DNA of 64,000 nt from a bacterium (GCA_043803945.1 JAZDJN010000095.1:72542-136541); one strand, 5' to 3'. Positions 29,946-40,897 are shown, counted from the stretch's first letter. Program-made: numbers and translations. The notes: generated by a model from the letters alone, not told the origin.

Positions 29946-29980
29946 ACGGGTTCCACCGAGCTTCACGGTGGAACTCGTTA
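29946..29980. other. Intergenic hairpin upstream of adenylate cyclase
   Basis: AACGGGTTCCACCG-AGCTTCA-CGGTGGAACTCGTT. Confidence 0.5.
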
Positions 29981-30040
29981 TGTTCTCTTCATCCCGTCAA
30001 CAGCCTCACAATGCCTCGAATAACGAAGAGGATCTAACCT

Positions 30041-32254
30041 ATGGCCTCCTATACGTTTAAGAAAATAATGCTCCCGCTTATCACCAAGGTAGGTATCGGT
30101 TTGGGAATCGGTGTTGCGGTTGTTGTGGTCACCACCCTTCTCGATGTCGGCTTCATTAACAACGTCGATTACCTCACGATGGATTACCGGTATAATGCCC
30201 GCCATAAACGATTAAGTGAAAGCGGCGAGTTGAAGAACGTCAGAGACAACGGAGATGTGGTCATCGTTGGCATCAAACAAAAAGATGTTGAAATGATGCC
30301 GAAATCTTTTCCGTTTCCACGATCGTATTATGCTAAGGTAATTGAAAACTTATCTGAAGCGGGTGCAAAAGTTATCGCGTTTGATATTATGTTTGATGCC
30401 GTAAGAGATACGGCCGATGATGCGCGTTTTGTCGTAGAGCTGAGAAAGCACGACAATGTTATCATTGCAGTAAAAACAGAAGAGCAGGATAGAACAACCA
30501 GGTATATCGAAGAATCAACTGTACGAAAATATAACCTCGACTCAGCATTTTATAATGCCTGTAATCGGGTCGGATTTGTCGACGTCGCCGGGAAAGATAA
30601 AGACGAAGTCACAAGGCGCTATGTCCCGGAAATGTTGGTAGGGCGATTCACAACCCCGACATTCGGGTTTGCCGTGTTAAACAAATTGTTTGGGATGCAG
30701 CCCTACGATGTGGCTTCCGTGCAGGGTGAGTTTTTCTCCTATCACAACCAACTCATTCCCCGGTATGACAACGCCTCATTTCTGTTGAATTATTATGGTC
30801 CGAACGAGACGTTTAAATATATCCCATTCAATGAAGTGATTGACGATTCAACGTTCAAGACAAAAGAAGAGATTACCCTCGAGACAGACCTTAACCTCTT
30901 TGATATAGATTCAAGCACAATTAATAAGATCAAAGGAAAGATCGTCTTGATCGGATCTGTCATGCCGGAAGAACGTGATATTCATGCTGTTCCTTTGGTG
31001 AACGAAGACGGATCTAACACCATGAACGGTGTGGAAATCCACGCGACAGCAATCCAAAACGTTCTCGACGGCGCCTATTTTGTTAAAGCTGCACCGGCAG
31101 TCGAGATCGTGCTGATTCTTCTCCTCTCAACGATTTCGTTTCTGGGTATTCTGAAAATCAAACAGATGAAATTCAAGTATGTTGCAGTATTGGAACTTGG
31201 AGCAGTGCTGATCGTTGCCCTTTTGATTTTTGGAATCTTTGAATTTTCACTTCTTTCGTTTACCAACGGCAACACAATTATCAACATTGTCAACCCCAGC
31301 CTGGCAATCATCCTCGCGTATCTGAGCACAGCCGTCTATCAGTACCTTACAGAACGCCAGCAGAAAGCGTTGATTAAAAACGTCTTCAGCCACTATATCA
31401 GCTCTGCGGTTGTCAACGAACTGGTTGCCAACCCCGAAAAAGCACGATTGGGCGGCGACAAGCGTGAATTGACAGTGTTCTTCTCCGACATTGCGGGATT
31501 CACAACGATATCGGAACGCTATCTTGACAAACCGGAAGCGCTTGTCGATCTGTTGAACGAATACCTCGATGAGATGACCTCAATCATTATGAAGCACCAG
31601 GGAACGCTGGATAAGTACGAAGGTGATGCGATCATGGCATTCTGGGGTGCACCGATTCCGCAAAAGGATCATGCACTCCGCACATGCCTTGCCGCGCTGG
31701 ATATGCAAAAACGTCTTGCGGCTCTTCGCCCGAAATGGATGAAAGATAAAAAGCCGTCGATTGAGGCGCGGTTTGGTATCAACTCCGGCACCATGATTGT
31801 CGGAAACATGGGCGGTAAGGATCGCTTCGATTATACGGTCATCGGCGACAGCGTAAATCTTGCCTCACGTCTTGAAGGAGCCAATAAACAATACGGAACG
31901 AAAATCATGATCAGCGACATGACGTATCAGCATGTGAAAGATAAGGTTATGGTGCGCGAGCTCGATCTGATCCAGGTGAAAGGAAAGAACGAACCCGTTA
32001 AGGTGTTTGAGCTCATGGGAACATCCGACATGGTATTGACGGATAACCAAAAGCAGGCGCTCGAAATTTATCAGGAGGGATTGAAGCTCTACCGGCAGCG
32101 GCAATTTGAGGAAGCGATTGCCTACATGCAGCAGGCACGGCAGCTTGATGAAACATGTACTGTTGCAGAGGTTTACGAGCAACGAGCCGGCCTCTATCAG
32201 ATTCATCCTCCGCCGGACGAATGGAACGGAGTATTTGTAATGACGACGAAGTAG
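30041..32254 (+). CDS. CHASE2-domain class III adenylate cyclase
   Basis: CHASE2 motifs (VVIVGI, FPRSYYA, IAFDI, GKIVLIG, GVEIHA), TM helices, FSDIAGFT, DKYEGD, DYTVIGDSVNLASRLE; K/D specificity pair points to ATP substrate. Confidence 0.93.
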   Translation: MASYTFKKIMLPLITKVGIGLGIGVAVVVVTTLLDVGFINNVDYLTMDYRYNARHKRLSESGELKNVRDNGDVVIVGIKQKDVEMMPKSFPFPRSYYAKVIENLSEAGAKVIAFDIMFDAVRDTADDARFVVELRKHDNVIIAVKTEEQDRTTRYIEESTVRKYNLDSAFYNACNRVGFVDVAGKDKDEVTRRYVPEMLVGRFTTPTFGFAVLNKLFGMQPYDVASVQGEFFSYHNQLIPRYDNASFLLNYYGPNETFKYIPFNEVIDDSTFKTKEEITLETDLNLFDIDSSTINKIKGKIVLIGSVMPEERDIHAVPLVNEDGSNTMNGVEIHATAIQNVLDGAYFVKAAPAVEIVLILLLSTISFLGILKIKQMKFKYVAVLELGAVLIVALLIFGIFEFSLLSFTNGNTIINIVNPSLAIILAYLSTAVYQYLTERQQKALIKNVFSHYISSAVVNELVANPEKARLGGDKRELTVFFSDIAGFTTISERYLDKPEALVDLLNEYLDEMTSIIMKHQGTLDKYEGDAIMAFWGAPIPQKDHALRTCLAALDMQKRLAALRPKWMKDKKPSIEARFGINSGTMIVGNMGGKDRFDYTVIGDSVNLASRLEGANKQYGTKIMISDMTYQHVKDKVMVRELDLIQVKGKNEPVKVFELMGTSDMVLTDNQKQALEIYQEGLKLYRQRQFEEAIAYMQQARQLDETCTVAEVYEQRAGLYQIHPPPDEWNGVFVMTTK

Positions 32255-32281
32255 ATCTGTTTGAGGAAAGCGTTACTGCTG

Positions 32282-32310
32282 AGGCCGGGAAGAAGGATGC
32301 CCGGCCTTTG
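32282..32310 (+). terminator. Terminator after adenylate cyclase
   Basis: AGGCCGGG-loop-CCCGGCCT followed by TT. Confidence 0.45.
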
Positions 32311-32441
32311 CGTTGTCGGGGTGTGCTTGTGTCGAGCATCAGAGATACCCCAAAGAATGCATCCGTCTCCATGGCTCAGTCGTGCTCCGGTACAAAGTTG
32401 TAGATCCCGCGACGTATTCAAGATATCTGTGAGTCGAGACA

Positions 32442-33461
32442 TTACTGCGGAGTTCTGGCGAACCGTTCTTCCTGAAGTACAAACCGGAGAGAAACCCTGT
32501 GAGTGTTTCCCAAACCGCCATCTCCGGTAAAGCGTGCAAAAGAGTAGTCGATATCGATCTTCCGGAGATGAATGCCTGCCCCGATCGTCATCTGTTTGAC
32601 ATCGCTGTATCCCACACGAAGAGCGAGAGTGTTTTTGTAATCAAACTCGAGTCCCGCTCTTGGATCGACACTGACCGGGCCAAACGATGCGGTCGAAGCA
32701 TATCGGCGATTTTCAAATCGCAAGTCAAAGTCAAGAGCCGGCATCAGGCGTCCGTCGAGCAGGTTGACTCCGTACGCTGCGCCAATTTTAAGCGTTGGTG
32801 AAATCAACTCGTTCCTTCCTGTATTCCAGGCAAGAAAGGTTGTGGTTATATCCTGCACGCTTGCACCGAGGGAAAGATCCGAAAAGGGGGAATAGAGAAC
32901 ACCGACATCGAATCCGATTCCGGTTGCCGAATGCTCGCCATAATTCCTCCGGATCAATTTGACAGACGCTCCGATCATAAGCAATTCGGATTCCCTTTTT
33001 GCATAGGACAAATACATCGCCCAATCGGCGACATTATAAAAGGTAATTCGATCTCTGTCTAAGCGATCGACTTCATCAAAGACACCATTCCCGTTGTTAT
33101 CGATAAGGGCATTGCGAGTATCGGGAATGCCATCGACGCCGAGGCGCAGCACGCTCAATCCAAAGCTCGCGTCATTGCCGACGGGAAACGCGGCAGCGGC
33201 ATAGTCGTAGTTAATGAGATTGCCAAACCGTTCGTCGTGCATCAGCATAAACTCGGGGTAGTGAAGGCGGGCAAGGGCGGCCGGATTCCAGTATCCAGCC
33301 GTTACATCGCTGGCAAGCGCAACGTGGGCGCCGCCGAGGCCAAGCGCCCGGCCGCCGACACCGATTGCCATGAACTCGCCGGCATAGGTACCGATCGTTT
33401 GTGCATGCACGGAGCATATCGAAAGGATCAGAACAACGAAAGCCCCCTGTAACGTTTTCAT
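32442..33461 (-). CDS. PorV/PorQ-family outer-membrane protein (T9SS-associated)
   Basis: FMAIGVGGRALGLGGA ... YWNPAAL; 14-strand-barrel-like; start MKTLQG at 33461. Confidence 0.8.
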   Translation of the reverse strand: MKTLQGAFVVLILSICSVHAQTIGTYAGEFMAIGVGGRALGLGGAHVALASDVTAGYWNPAALARLHYPEFMLMHDERFGNLINYDYAAAAFPVGNDASFGLSVLRLGVDGIPDTRNALIDNNGNGVFDEVDRLDRDRITFYNVADWAMYLSYAKRESELLMIGASVKLIRRNYGEHSATGIGFDVGVLYSPFSDLSLGASVQDITTTFLAWNTGRNELISPTLKIGAAYGVNLLDGRLMPALDFDLRFENRRYASTASFGPVSVDPRAGLEFDYKNTLALRVGYSDVKQMTIGAGIHLRKIDIDYSFARFTGDGGLGNTHRVSLRFVLQEERFARTPQ

Positions 33462-33926
33462 AGATTCCTCCTCATACGAAAAAACCGAACCCACGCCCTA
33501 CTGGTGAATTCGGTCTGTGGACAAGGCTAGAGTAAGATGGTAGAATGAAACAACAGAACGCCCTAACAATTGTCCGATACACTACCCCTTTCTACAGTAA
33601 AAGTAATGGAAAGAGCCCACATTGTCAAGAAAAGGAGGGACAACCGTTCGACTATAGTCTGTTTCAAATACTTATGTTGGTCGGGCAGACTGCCCGACCA
33701 ACATCTTAAATCATTCTATTCTCACCGCAGGCAAATTCGCCGTCCTAATATGTCTATTTCGGGTCATTGCGGTCGGCACCCGGGAAACAGCAACGCGGTG
33801 TGTAACGGATCTCTGCTCATTGACTTCTGTGATAATCTATTTTACCTTTCGTACAGATAAAGTCTGTCTATAAGAAACGGACACAGTATTCTCAAGCACG
33901 TTGAGGGACATACGAAGGAGGCTTCT

Positions 33927-34652
33927 ATGCTAAAACCATTAACCGTTGTATTGCTTCTCATTCTTCCCCTCTGCCTTATTGCCCAGGAGAAAGCCGCAGA
34001 GAACAATCTGCCAACCAAAGGGCTGGTGGCATATTACCCGTTCAACGGAAACACTAAAGATGAAAGCGGTAACGGATTCCATCTCACCGCGGATGGCTGC
34101 GAGTTGGTTCAAGATCGCTTCACGTTTGGCAACAAGGCCTATTCCTTTGACGGCAGTGTGAGCAGAATGATGGCCGATATCAAGGGAAAGTTTCCCGTAC
34201 AACAATTGACACTGAGCGCCTGGATTTATTATCGGGGCGGAGGAGCGGAAAATCCCCGCATTATTGCCGTCAGCGAAGGCAAGACTAATATACACACCTA
34301 CTCGTTGATCGTGAATCGCGATGACGGGCGCCTCTGGTTCTACACCGGCACTACCGGAAATGATCTCCATGGCAATAAAAGGATTATTGAAAAAGTATGG
34401 CACCATGTCGCGGTTACCTATGATGGCCGCGAGGTTCGGATTTACCAGGACGGTATTCTCGATCAACGCACCTATGTCTATTTCAAACTCGAACCGTTAC
34501 GGGACGGCTATTTAATGATCAGCCACAGCGACAAGGAAGGATTGCTGAACGATCTCTTCCCCGGTATCATCGACGATATCCGTATTTACAACCAGGCGCT
34601 GGATGAAACCGAGGTGCATCAGCTTTATCATGAAGGAGCGTGGAAGCAGTAG
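33927..34652 (+). CDS. Secreted LamG/concanavalin A-like domain protein
   Basis: GLVAYYPFNGN..DESGNG, TLSAWI, WHHVAVTYDG and IDDIRIYN motifs. Confidence 0.88.
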   Translation: MLKPLTVVLLLILPLCLIAQEKAAENNLPTKGLVAYYPFNGNTKDESGNGFHLTADGCELVQDRFTFGNKAYSFDGSVSRMMADIKGKFPVQQLTLSAWIYYRGGGAENPRIIAVSEGKTNIHTYSLIVNRDDGRLWFYTGTTGNDLHGNKRIIEKVWHHVAVTYDGREVRIYQDGILDQRTYVYFKLEPLRDGYLMISHSDKEGLLNDLFPGIIDDIRIYNQALDETEVHQLYHEGAWKQ

Positions 34653-34696
34653 AAGAGAACGAGCGGTTGCCCAAAGGATCCGGAGAGTGATCGATA

Positions 34697-35926
34697 CTAT
34701 CCGGATCTTCTGGCGGGCATCAGAGTAAACAATGCAATTTCCGGTTTGACTAACCGTATCGGTACGCCAACCATTCCCACCCCTACGTTGACGTAGAGTT
34801 GTTTTCCCTCCTCAATATACAATCCCATAGCATACTTGTAGACAAGGTCTACAGGATTGAGCCTGAACGATCCAATCCCGACGCCAACCTGTCCGCCATG
34901 AGTATGACCCGAAAGAGTTAATGATATGCCCGCTTGTTTCGCTTGTGGAAAAAAATCCGGGCGATGGGAGAGGAGAATTTTGAAGGAGTTGCGTTCTATG
35001 GATTCTGTTGCATAATCCAACCGGGCAAAATTGCGATACCCGCGGCCGTAGTCGTCAACACCGAGAATTGTAAGCGGATCACCGTTGATGGTGATCGTCC
35101 GATGTGCGTTGTTCAACACGATGATACCGCGGCCCTCGAGAGCTTCCGTTACCTTGAGTGCCGTAGCGAAGTGATCATGGTTCCCCAGGCAGGCAAAACA
35201 ACCGAACTCAGATCGTAACAGCCCTATCGTCTTATCGATGGAAGGAATTTCCAAATCAGAAGCATCGATATAATCTCCAGTGAGTGCAATAAGGTCGGGA
35301 TGGAGTGAATTGGCAATTTCGAAAATATCCCTAAGATCATTCTCGGTCATAAACACACCGGAGTGGATGTCGCTGAGTTGAGCGATGGTCAACCCCTCTA
35401 ATCCGGCGGGCAAACCATCCAGGAACAAGGATATCCGGTGAATCTGGTAATCGCGCGCCGTTGCCACGGAAGCAATAACGGGTAATCCAATCGCTGCAGC
35501 GGCAACACCAAATCCGCCAGCCTTCAACAATGTTCGTCGTTTGGGATCATAATCCAGAGGTAGCCCTGTGCTGCGATGCCGAATTTTTGCGAGCAGATTA
35601 AACGACCATCGAACAAGATCGACAAGAATAAGAATGATACCTGCCGTTATTGTGCCTGCGAACACCATTGACGATGGGGTAACGATAAAAACTTGTACGA
35701 GGGGATGTTGATACCAATTGCTTGTTCGCACATAGAATTGAAGGATGAAGAGAAAATTTCCGGCAAGGAGAAACCATCCGAACAAACGCTGTGCTAAAAC
35801 CGATTGGGCAGAAGAGAAAACACGAAGGGACCATGACCGCCACCGCGAGAAAATGTACCATTGCAGCAATCCTACCAAGAATAAAAAACCGATGATAAAG
35901 GGAAGGAAGGGAAGGATACGGGGCAT
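34697..35926 (-). CDS. Membrane metallophosphoesterase (YkuE-like)
   Basis: SDIH, TGD, GNHD, LLSHRP and SGHTHGGQ motifs; N-terminal TM helices. Confidence 0.9.
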   Translation of the reverse strand: MPRILPFLPFIIGFLFLVGLLQWYIFSRWRSWSLRVFSSAQSVLAQRLFGWFLLAGNFLFILQFYVRTSNWYQHPLVQVFIVTPSSMVFAGTITAGIILILVDLVRWSFNLLAKIRHRSTGLPLDYDPKRRTLLKAGGFGVAAAAIGLPVIASVATARDYQIHRISLFLDGLPAGLEGLTIAQLSDIHSGVFMTENDLRDIFEIANSLHPDLIALTGDYIDASDLEIPSIDKTIGLLRSEFGCFACLGNHDHFATALKVTEALEGRGIIVLNNAHRTITINGDPLTILGVDDYGRGYRNFARLDYATESIERNSFKILLSHRPDFFPQAKQAGISLTLSGHTHGGQVGVGIGSFRLNPVDLVYKYAMGLYIEEGKQLYVNVGVGMVGVPIRLVKPEIALFTLMPARRSG

Positions 35927-35947
35927 ACCGGTTCAATCGGGAGAAAG

Positions 35948-37165
35948 TTAATGCTCTTTACGGTTGGTATAGAAATTCATCAATAGTCCAACCATTGTCA
36001 TATTGGCGAGCAAGGCAGAGCCTCCGTAGCTCAGAAAGGGAAGCGGTATTCCAACTACCGGGAGCATTCCCATTGACATGCCGATGTTGACAGCCATGTG
36101 TGTACCGAAGATGCCGACAATGCCGATGGCGGAGGCGCTGGCAAATTTATTTTTTGATGTATTGGCTATAGAAAGGCCATGAAGCAGGAGGGCAGTGAAG
36201 AGGATGATCACCGATGACGATCCGACGAATCCAAATTCCTCCCCCGGCACACAGAAAATAAAATCGGTCCATTGTTCCGGAATAAATTTGTACTGCGTTT
36301 GTGAACCGCGCATATACCCCTTGCCGAATATCCCGCCTGAGCCGATGGCAACCCGTGATTGTTGAACGTTGTATCCGGCGCCGCGGGGATCCAATTGCGG
36401 ATTGAGAAACGTTTTAATCCGGTTCTGCTGATAGTATGGGAGCCGCTCGTATACAGCTTGTGTTGAAAGGCCTACCGCAAGAGTCAGGCCGAACGCGACA
36501 GCAGCAGCAAAATTATTCTGACGCGTGAAGTACAACAACAAGCCGACAGCGGCAATAGAGACAAGAAAATAAATTGTTCCGGCGAGGGCTCCTGCAGCAA
36601 CAAGAACAGGAGAGATGATTGCAGCCAAAACGAAGTGTGAGGAGCCGGCCCAGAACAGCACGGGCAGCATCATCGCAAAAAACACAATGGCAGTTCCCAA
36701 ATCGGGTTGTGCCAGAACAAGAGCCATCGGCAACAATACAATCCCAACGGCAACCAGTAAATGCCTCGGTTTTTTTAACGATGTGGTTGTCCGTGCAAGG
36801 TAGGCTCCAAGCATGAGCACCGTTGCCACCTTGGCGAATTCCGAAGGCTGACCACCAAGGCCCCCAAAGCCGAACCAGCTCTTCGAACCGGAAATAGTTT
36901 TCCCGATCACTAAAATCACAATGAGAACAAACAGCATCGAGACGTAAAATGGAATTGCGGCCCGCTGTAATGTTTTTTGTGGGATAAAAGCAGCAAAGAA
37001 AAGAACGAAAAGCCCGATCCCGGCCCAGATCGATTGTTTAAAAAATGGCGCCGCTTCAAGAACATCGTATGTTGCACTGTAGACAGATACGAGACCCACG
37101 AGCACCAACGCGAGGCAGATGAACAGCAATTTGAAATCAAAATATTCTTTGAGATAAGCAATCAT
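35948..37165 (-). CDS. rodA: Rod shape-determining SEDS glycosyltransferase RodA
   Basis: QPSEFAK, QPDLGT, AIGSGG, PEQWTDFIF and PFLSYGGS motifs. Confidence 0.96.
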   Translation of the reverse strand: MIAYLKEYFDFKLLFICLALVLVGLVSVYSATYDVLEAAPFFKQSIWAGIGLFVLFFAAFIPQKTLQRAAIPFYVSMLFVLIVILVIGKTISGSKSWFGFGGLGGQPSEFAKVATVLMLGAYLARTTTSLKKPRHLLVAVGIVLLPMALVLAQPDLGTAIVFFAMMLPVLFWAGSSHFVLAAIISPVLVAAGALAGTIYFLVSIAAVGLLLYFTRQNNFAAAVAFGLTLAVGLSTQAVYERLPYYQQNRIKTFLNPQLDPRGAGYNVQQSRVAIGSGGIFGKGYMRGSQTQYKFIPEQWTDFIFCVPGEEFGFVGSSSVIILFTALLLHGLSIANTSKNKFASASAIGIVGIFGTHMAVNIGMSMGMLPVVGIPLPFLSYGGSALLANMTMVGLLMNFYTNRKEH

Positions 37166-39018
37166 TCGGATTTTTGTTTTTCTCGCTGGGGCAGTAGTTC
37201 CGCCTGCGTGACGGCCTTTGGTTTTTTCTGAAGTTGTGGGGCGGCAGGAAGGATGTTCAGATTCGTGAGGTATCGCTGAATAACCATCTTGGCGAGCGGA
37301 GCTGCTTTTGCACCGCCAAAGCCCGAGTTCTCGAGAAGGATTACCACAGCAATTTTTGGATTCTCAAATGGTGCGAATCCGATATACCACGCATGATCGT
37401 TCCCATGAGGATTTTCTGCTGTTCCAGTTTTTCCAGCAGAGATAACTCCGGGGACGGCGGCAAGATGAGCCGTTGCACCCGGCCCATGCACAACACGCCG
37501 CATTCCTTCCCGAATAATTCCCATAACGCGGGGCGAGAGCCCAACATTGGATGTTCGATAGAGAACGGGCTCCATCGTCCTTTTTGTTTTATTGAAGACA
37601 AAGTTCACAGCGTGAGGCTGGTACAGCATTCCGCCGTTGGCAAGCGCTGCGGCGTATTGTGCCATCTGGAGCGGAGAAACGCCAACCTCGCCCTGTCCGA
37701 TTGCCAAACTGATAATGTATCCCTGTGTCCATCGACCCTTTCCATATCTCGTATCGTAATACGACGCGGATGGTAAGAGTCCTGCCGTTTCTTCGCCGGT
37801 ATCGGTTCCGGTTGGTTTTCCAAATCCAAAACGCCGTCCATACTCTGTCCATTTATTAAAACCAACCTTCAACACTAATTGGTAGAAGAAAACATTGCAC
37901 GATCGCTCAATCGCCTCGTACATATTTGTTGAGCCATGGACATGAAGATCCTTGAAGGTATTATTTCCGTACCGGAACGAACCACCGCACTGAATTCGGT
38001 AGTTCTCGTCGATAATGCCTTCTTCCAGCGCTGCAGCCGCAAGCACCATTTTAAATGTCGAACCTGGGGGATACCGTGTGAGCGCCGCCCTGTTGAACAG
38101 GGGTTTGTCGGGATCAGAATTTAATCCAGCCCAAACCTCGGCGGGAATAACACCGCTCATAAGGGAAGGGTCAAAATCAGGCTTGCCCACCATGGTGATA
38201 ATGCCGCCGTTGGAAGGATCAATTGCTACGATGGCACCCATGTACTTATTGGCGACCATTAATGATTCGGCGAATGACTGCACGTCAACATCCAGCGCGA
38301 GGTAAAGGTCATTTCCCTCCCGAGCATCGACCTTCTGCTTCAGATCAAATGTCCCGAGCACCTGTCCTTTTGCATTGACGGCAACGTACTCGAATCCCTT
38401 TTCGCCGCGCAAATGAAACTCGTACTGAGCTTCTAACCCCGATGTTCCAATAATATCCCCGAGGGCATAGTAATCACTAACGAGGGCTAATTGCGATTCT
38501 GAAATTTCCCTGCTGTACCCGAGAAGGTGTGCAGCGCGGACGGGAAGAGGGTACACCCGCTTCGATTCAACCTGATAGGAAACACCGTTCAGCAGTGGAA
38601 GATTTTCTTCAAGCGCCGATAATGTTTTGATGTCGACATCGCGCTTAATGCGGGAACCTAAATAGGGCGAGAATTTTTTTGCCCGCGTTATCCGCTCTTC
38701 AAGCACTCTTGGTTCAAGCTGCAGAATCGTTGACAACCGGTTGAAGTTCTGGCTGCTAAATTCTGCCGGCACGATCATTACGGAATATGAGGGGCCAACA
38801 TCGACAAAGAGCTTTCCGGCGCGGTCGTAAATATGGCCGCGGATAGGCTCCTTGACAATTACACGAACACTGTTTTCTTCGGACTCCTTGGTAAACTGGC
38901 CGTGATAAATCCATTGCAGGCGGAATAATTGCAGCATCAGGACCGCGAAGATCAGCCACGCCCCGGTGTTCAGAGCTCTTCGCCGGTCCGGCAAACCGAA
39001 TTCATCATCGAAGGTCAT
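37162..39018 (-). CDS. mrdA: Penicillin-binding protein 2
   Basis: PGSTFK, SCN and KTGT motifs; operon context. Confidence 0.96.
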   Translation of the reverse strand: MTFDDEFGLPDRRRALNTGAWLIFAVLMLQLFRLQWIYHGQFTKESEENSVRVIVKEPIRGHIYDRAGKLFVDVGPSYSVMIVPAEFSSQNFNRLSTILQLEPRVLEERITRAKKFSPYLGSRIKRDVDIKTLSALEENLPLLNGVSYQVESKRVYPLPVRAAHLLGYSREISESQLALVSDYYALGDIIGTSGLEAQYEFHLRGEKGFEYVAVNAKGQVLGTFDLKQKVDAREGNDLYLALDVDVQSFAESLMVANKYMGAIVAIDPSNGGIITMVGKPDFDPSLMSGVIPAEVWAGLNSDPDKPLFNRAALTRYPPGSTFKMVLAAAALEEGIIDENYRIQCGGSFRYGNNTFKDLHVHGSTNMYEAIERSCNVFFYQLVLKVGFNKWTEYGRRFGFGKPTGTDTGEETAGLLPSASYYDTRYGKGRWTQGYIISLAIGQGEVGVSPLQMAQYAAALANGGMLYQPHAVNFVFNKTKRTMEPVLYRTSNVGLSPRVMGIIREGMRRVVHGPGATAHLAAVPGVISAGKTGTAENPHGNDHAWYIGFAPFENPKIAVVILLENSGFGGAKAAPLAKMVIQRYLTNLNILPAAPQLQKKPKAVTQAELLPQREKQKSE

Positions 39019-39512
39019 TGTGATCCAACCGCCAAAGATTTTCGTGCAAAGGTAAAGACCGGAAGAATGCTCACCGTTGCCGTGTACAGGGCGGTACCAA
39101 CGCTGAGAATAATTAACGATTGCAGAAATGATTCTGCGGTACCTTGCAGAAAAATACTCAAATAGAGGAGATTGTGAAGAAGCGAAACCATGCCGGTCAG
39201 TGCAACAAAGCGGTAAGTACTCAACGTTTGTTCCATTTTGTTTTCATTGAAGAAGTACCCGGCAATAAACCCGGAAACCGTTTTGCTCAATGCGGCAAGC
39301 CCGAAGAAATGTGTAACTAGAATATCTTGCAGCAAACCGACAAAGAAGCCGGCAACGGTTGCTTCAATTTGTCCTCGCTTCAAGGCAAGGTACATTAGCC
39401 AGATCAACAGCAAATCGGGCAGGATCCCGGCAATCGAGATATACGGGATAAACGTTGTCTGCAGTACCAGCAGGCAGAAGACAATAAAGATTGAGCGTAA
39501 ATAGTGTTCCAT
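39015..39512 (-). CDS. mreD: Rod shape-determining protein MreD
   Basis: Hydrophobic 165 aa with PDLLL and GLLQD; upstream of mrdA. Confidence 0.9.
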   Translation of the reverse strand: MEHYLRSIFIVFCLLVLQTTFIPYISIAGILPDLLLIWLMYLALKRGQIEATVAGFFVGLLQDILVTHFFGLAALSKTVSGFIAGYFFNENKMEQTLSTYRFVALTGMVSLLHNLLYLSIFLQGTAESFLQSLIILSVGTALYTATVSILPVFTFARKSLAVGSQ

Positions 39513-39580
39513 TCAAGACGTTTATTGTTGCGAAAAAAGTAGGGAGAAATGATTCGATATGCAAGAATCGGTGTGATGCG

Positions 39581-40882
39581 TTACCATGCGGCGATTGCTG
39601 CTTTCAAAGAGTCGTAGTTGGGAGCGATACGCACACTGTGCTTCGGACGGGATAATGCTTCAGCAAGTGCGGGCGGTGTCGGTATTGTTATGTGCAGGGC
39701 CCGTTCAATGACTTCGGGAAATTTTCCCGGATGAGCGGTTGCCGCGACAATGAAAGGTTTCTGATTATGAAGCGAGGCAGTTCGTGCAGCATTCACACCT
39801 ACAGCGGTATGAGGGTCAAGAATTCGTCCCGTCGAACGGTACGTTGTCCGAATCTCTTCAAGCGTTTCCCCGTCGCTGACGCTCGTTGCCGTAATGGCCT
39901 TCCGGATAGCTTTAACCTCGTTGCCGAAGAGAAATTGGATTCTTGCAAGGTTGTTCGGATTGCCGACGTCCATTGCGTTCGAGTATGTTTGCCGCGTTGG
40001 ACAGGGTTCATAGAGACCGGTGGCAAAATACCGGGGAACAACATCGTTGCTGTTTGTGGCAGCGAGCAGTCCGCCGATCGGTGCGCCCATCTGTTGTGCA
40101 TACACTGCCGCGGTCAGGTTGCCGAAGTTGCCGCTTGGGACGACAATGGTGGGAGTATCCGTATTATTCCAGCGGGAACGCAGCTGTGCAATTGCCCAGA
40201 GATAGTACACAATTTGGGGAACGAGTCTGCCGATGTTGATGGAATTTGCTGTTGTGAAGTGGTACCGTTCGACCATGGAAGAATCTGCAAGCAACTGTTT
40301 TACAAGGCGTTGGCAATCGTCAAACGTGCCCGATACTTCAATTGCCATAATATTTTCGCCAAGCGTTGTCATTTGCTGTTCCTGCAAACGGCTTATTTTT
40401 CCCGATGGGTAGAGCACCGTAACACGAATATTGGGAGCCCGGAAGAAACCCTGCGCAACAGCACTGCCGGTATCCCCGGACGTTGCAACCGCAATAGAGA
40501 GTGTCTGTTGACTGTCCTTCAGGAATGCGGAGAGTGCAAGCGCCATAAACCGCGCACCGATATCTTTGAACGCCAGTGTCGGTCCATGAAAGAGTTCAAG
40601 AAGATAGAGATTCTTGTCAAGCTGAACAAGCGGAACGGGAAAATTCCAAGCCCGCTCAACGATTTCATGAAGCACAGGAACAGGAAGCTCATCAATAAAC
40701 AGGGAAAGAAGAAATTTTCCTATATCATGAAGAGAACGTTGATCGGAGTGATCGAAGAATTCCGGTGGAAGCTGCGGTATGGCCTCGGGGACATAGAGGC
40801 TGCCGTCGGGGGCCATGCCCTGAAGGAGAGCTTCTCGAAAGCTTACGGTTGGACATTGGCCAAGAATGCTTCGGAATTTCAT
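39581..40882 (-). CDS. thrC: Threonine synthase
   Basis: ELFHGPTLAFKD, ATSGDTG, NSINIGRL and VPSGNFGN motifs. Confidence 0.96.
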   Translation of the reverse strand: MKFRSILGQCPTVSFREALLQGMAPDGSLYVPEAIPQLPPEFFDHSDQRSLHDIGKFLLSLFIDELPVPVLHEIVERAWNFPVPLVQLDKNLYLLELFHGPTLAFKDIGARFMALALSAFLKDSQQTLSIAVATSGDTGSAVAQGFFRAPNIRVTVLYPSGKISRLQEQQMTTLGENIMAIEVSGTFDDCQRLVKQLLADSSMVERYHFTTANSINIGRLVPQIVYYLWAIAQLRSRWNNTDTPTIVVPSGNFGNLTAAVYAQQMGAPIGGLLAATNSNDVVPRYFATGLYEPCPTRQTYSNAMDVGNPNNLARIQFLFGNEVKAIRKAITATSVSDGETLEEIRTTYRSTGRILDPHTAVGVNAARTASLHNQKPFIVAATAHPGKFPEVIERALHITIPTPPALAEALSRPKHSVRIAPNYDSLKAAIAAW

Positions 40883-40897
40883 GGGTGGTCTTGGCTC

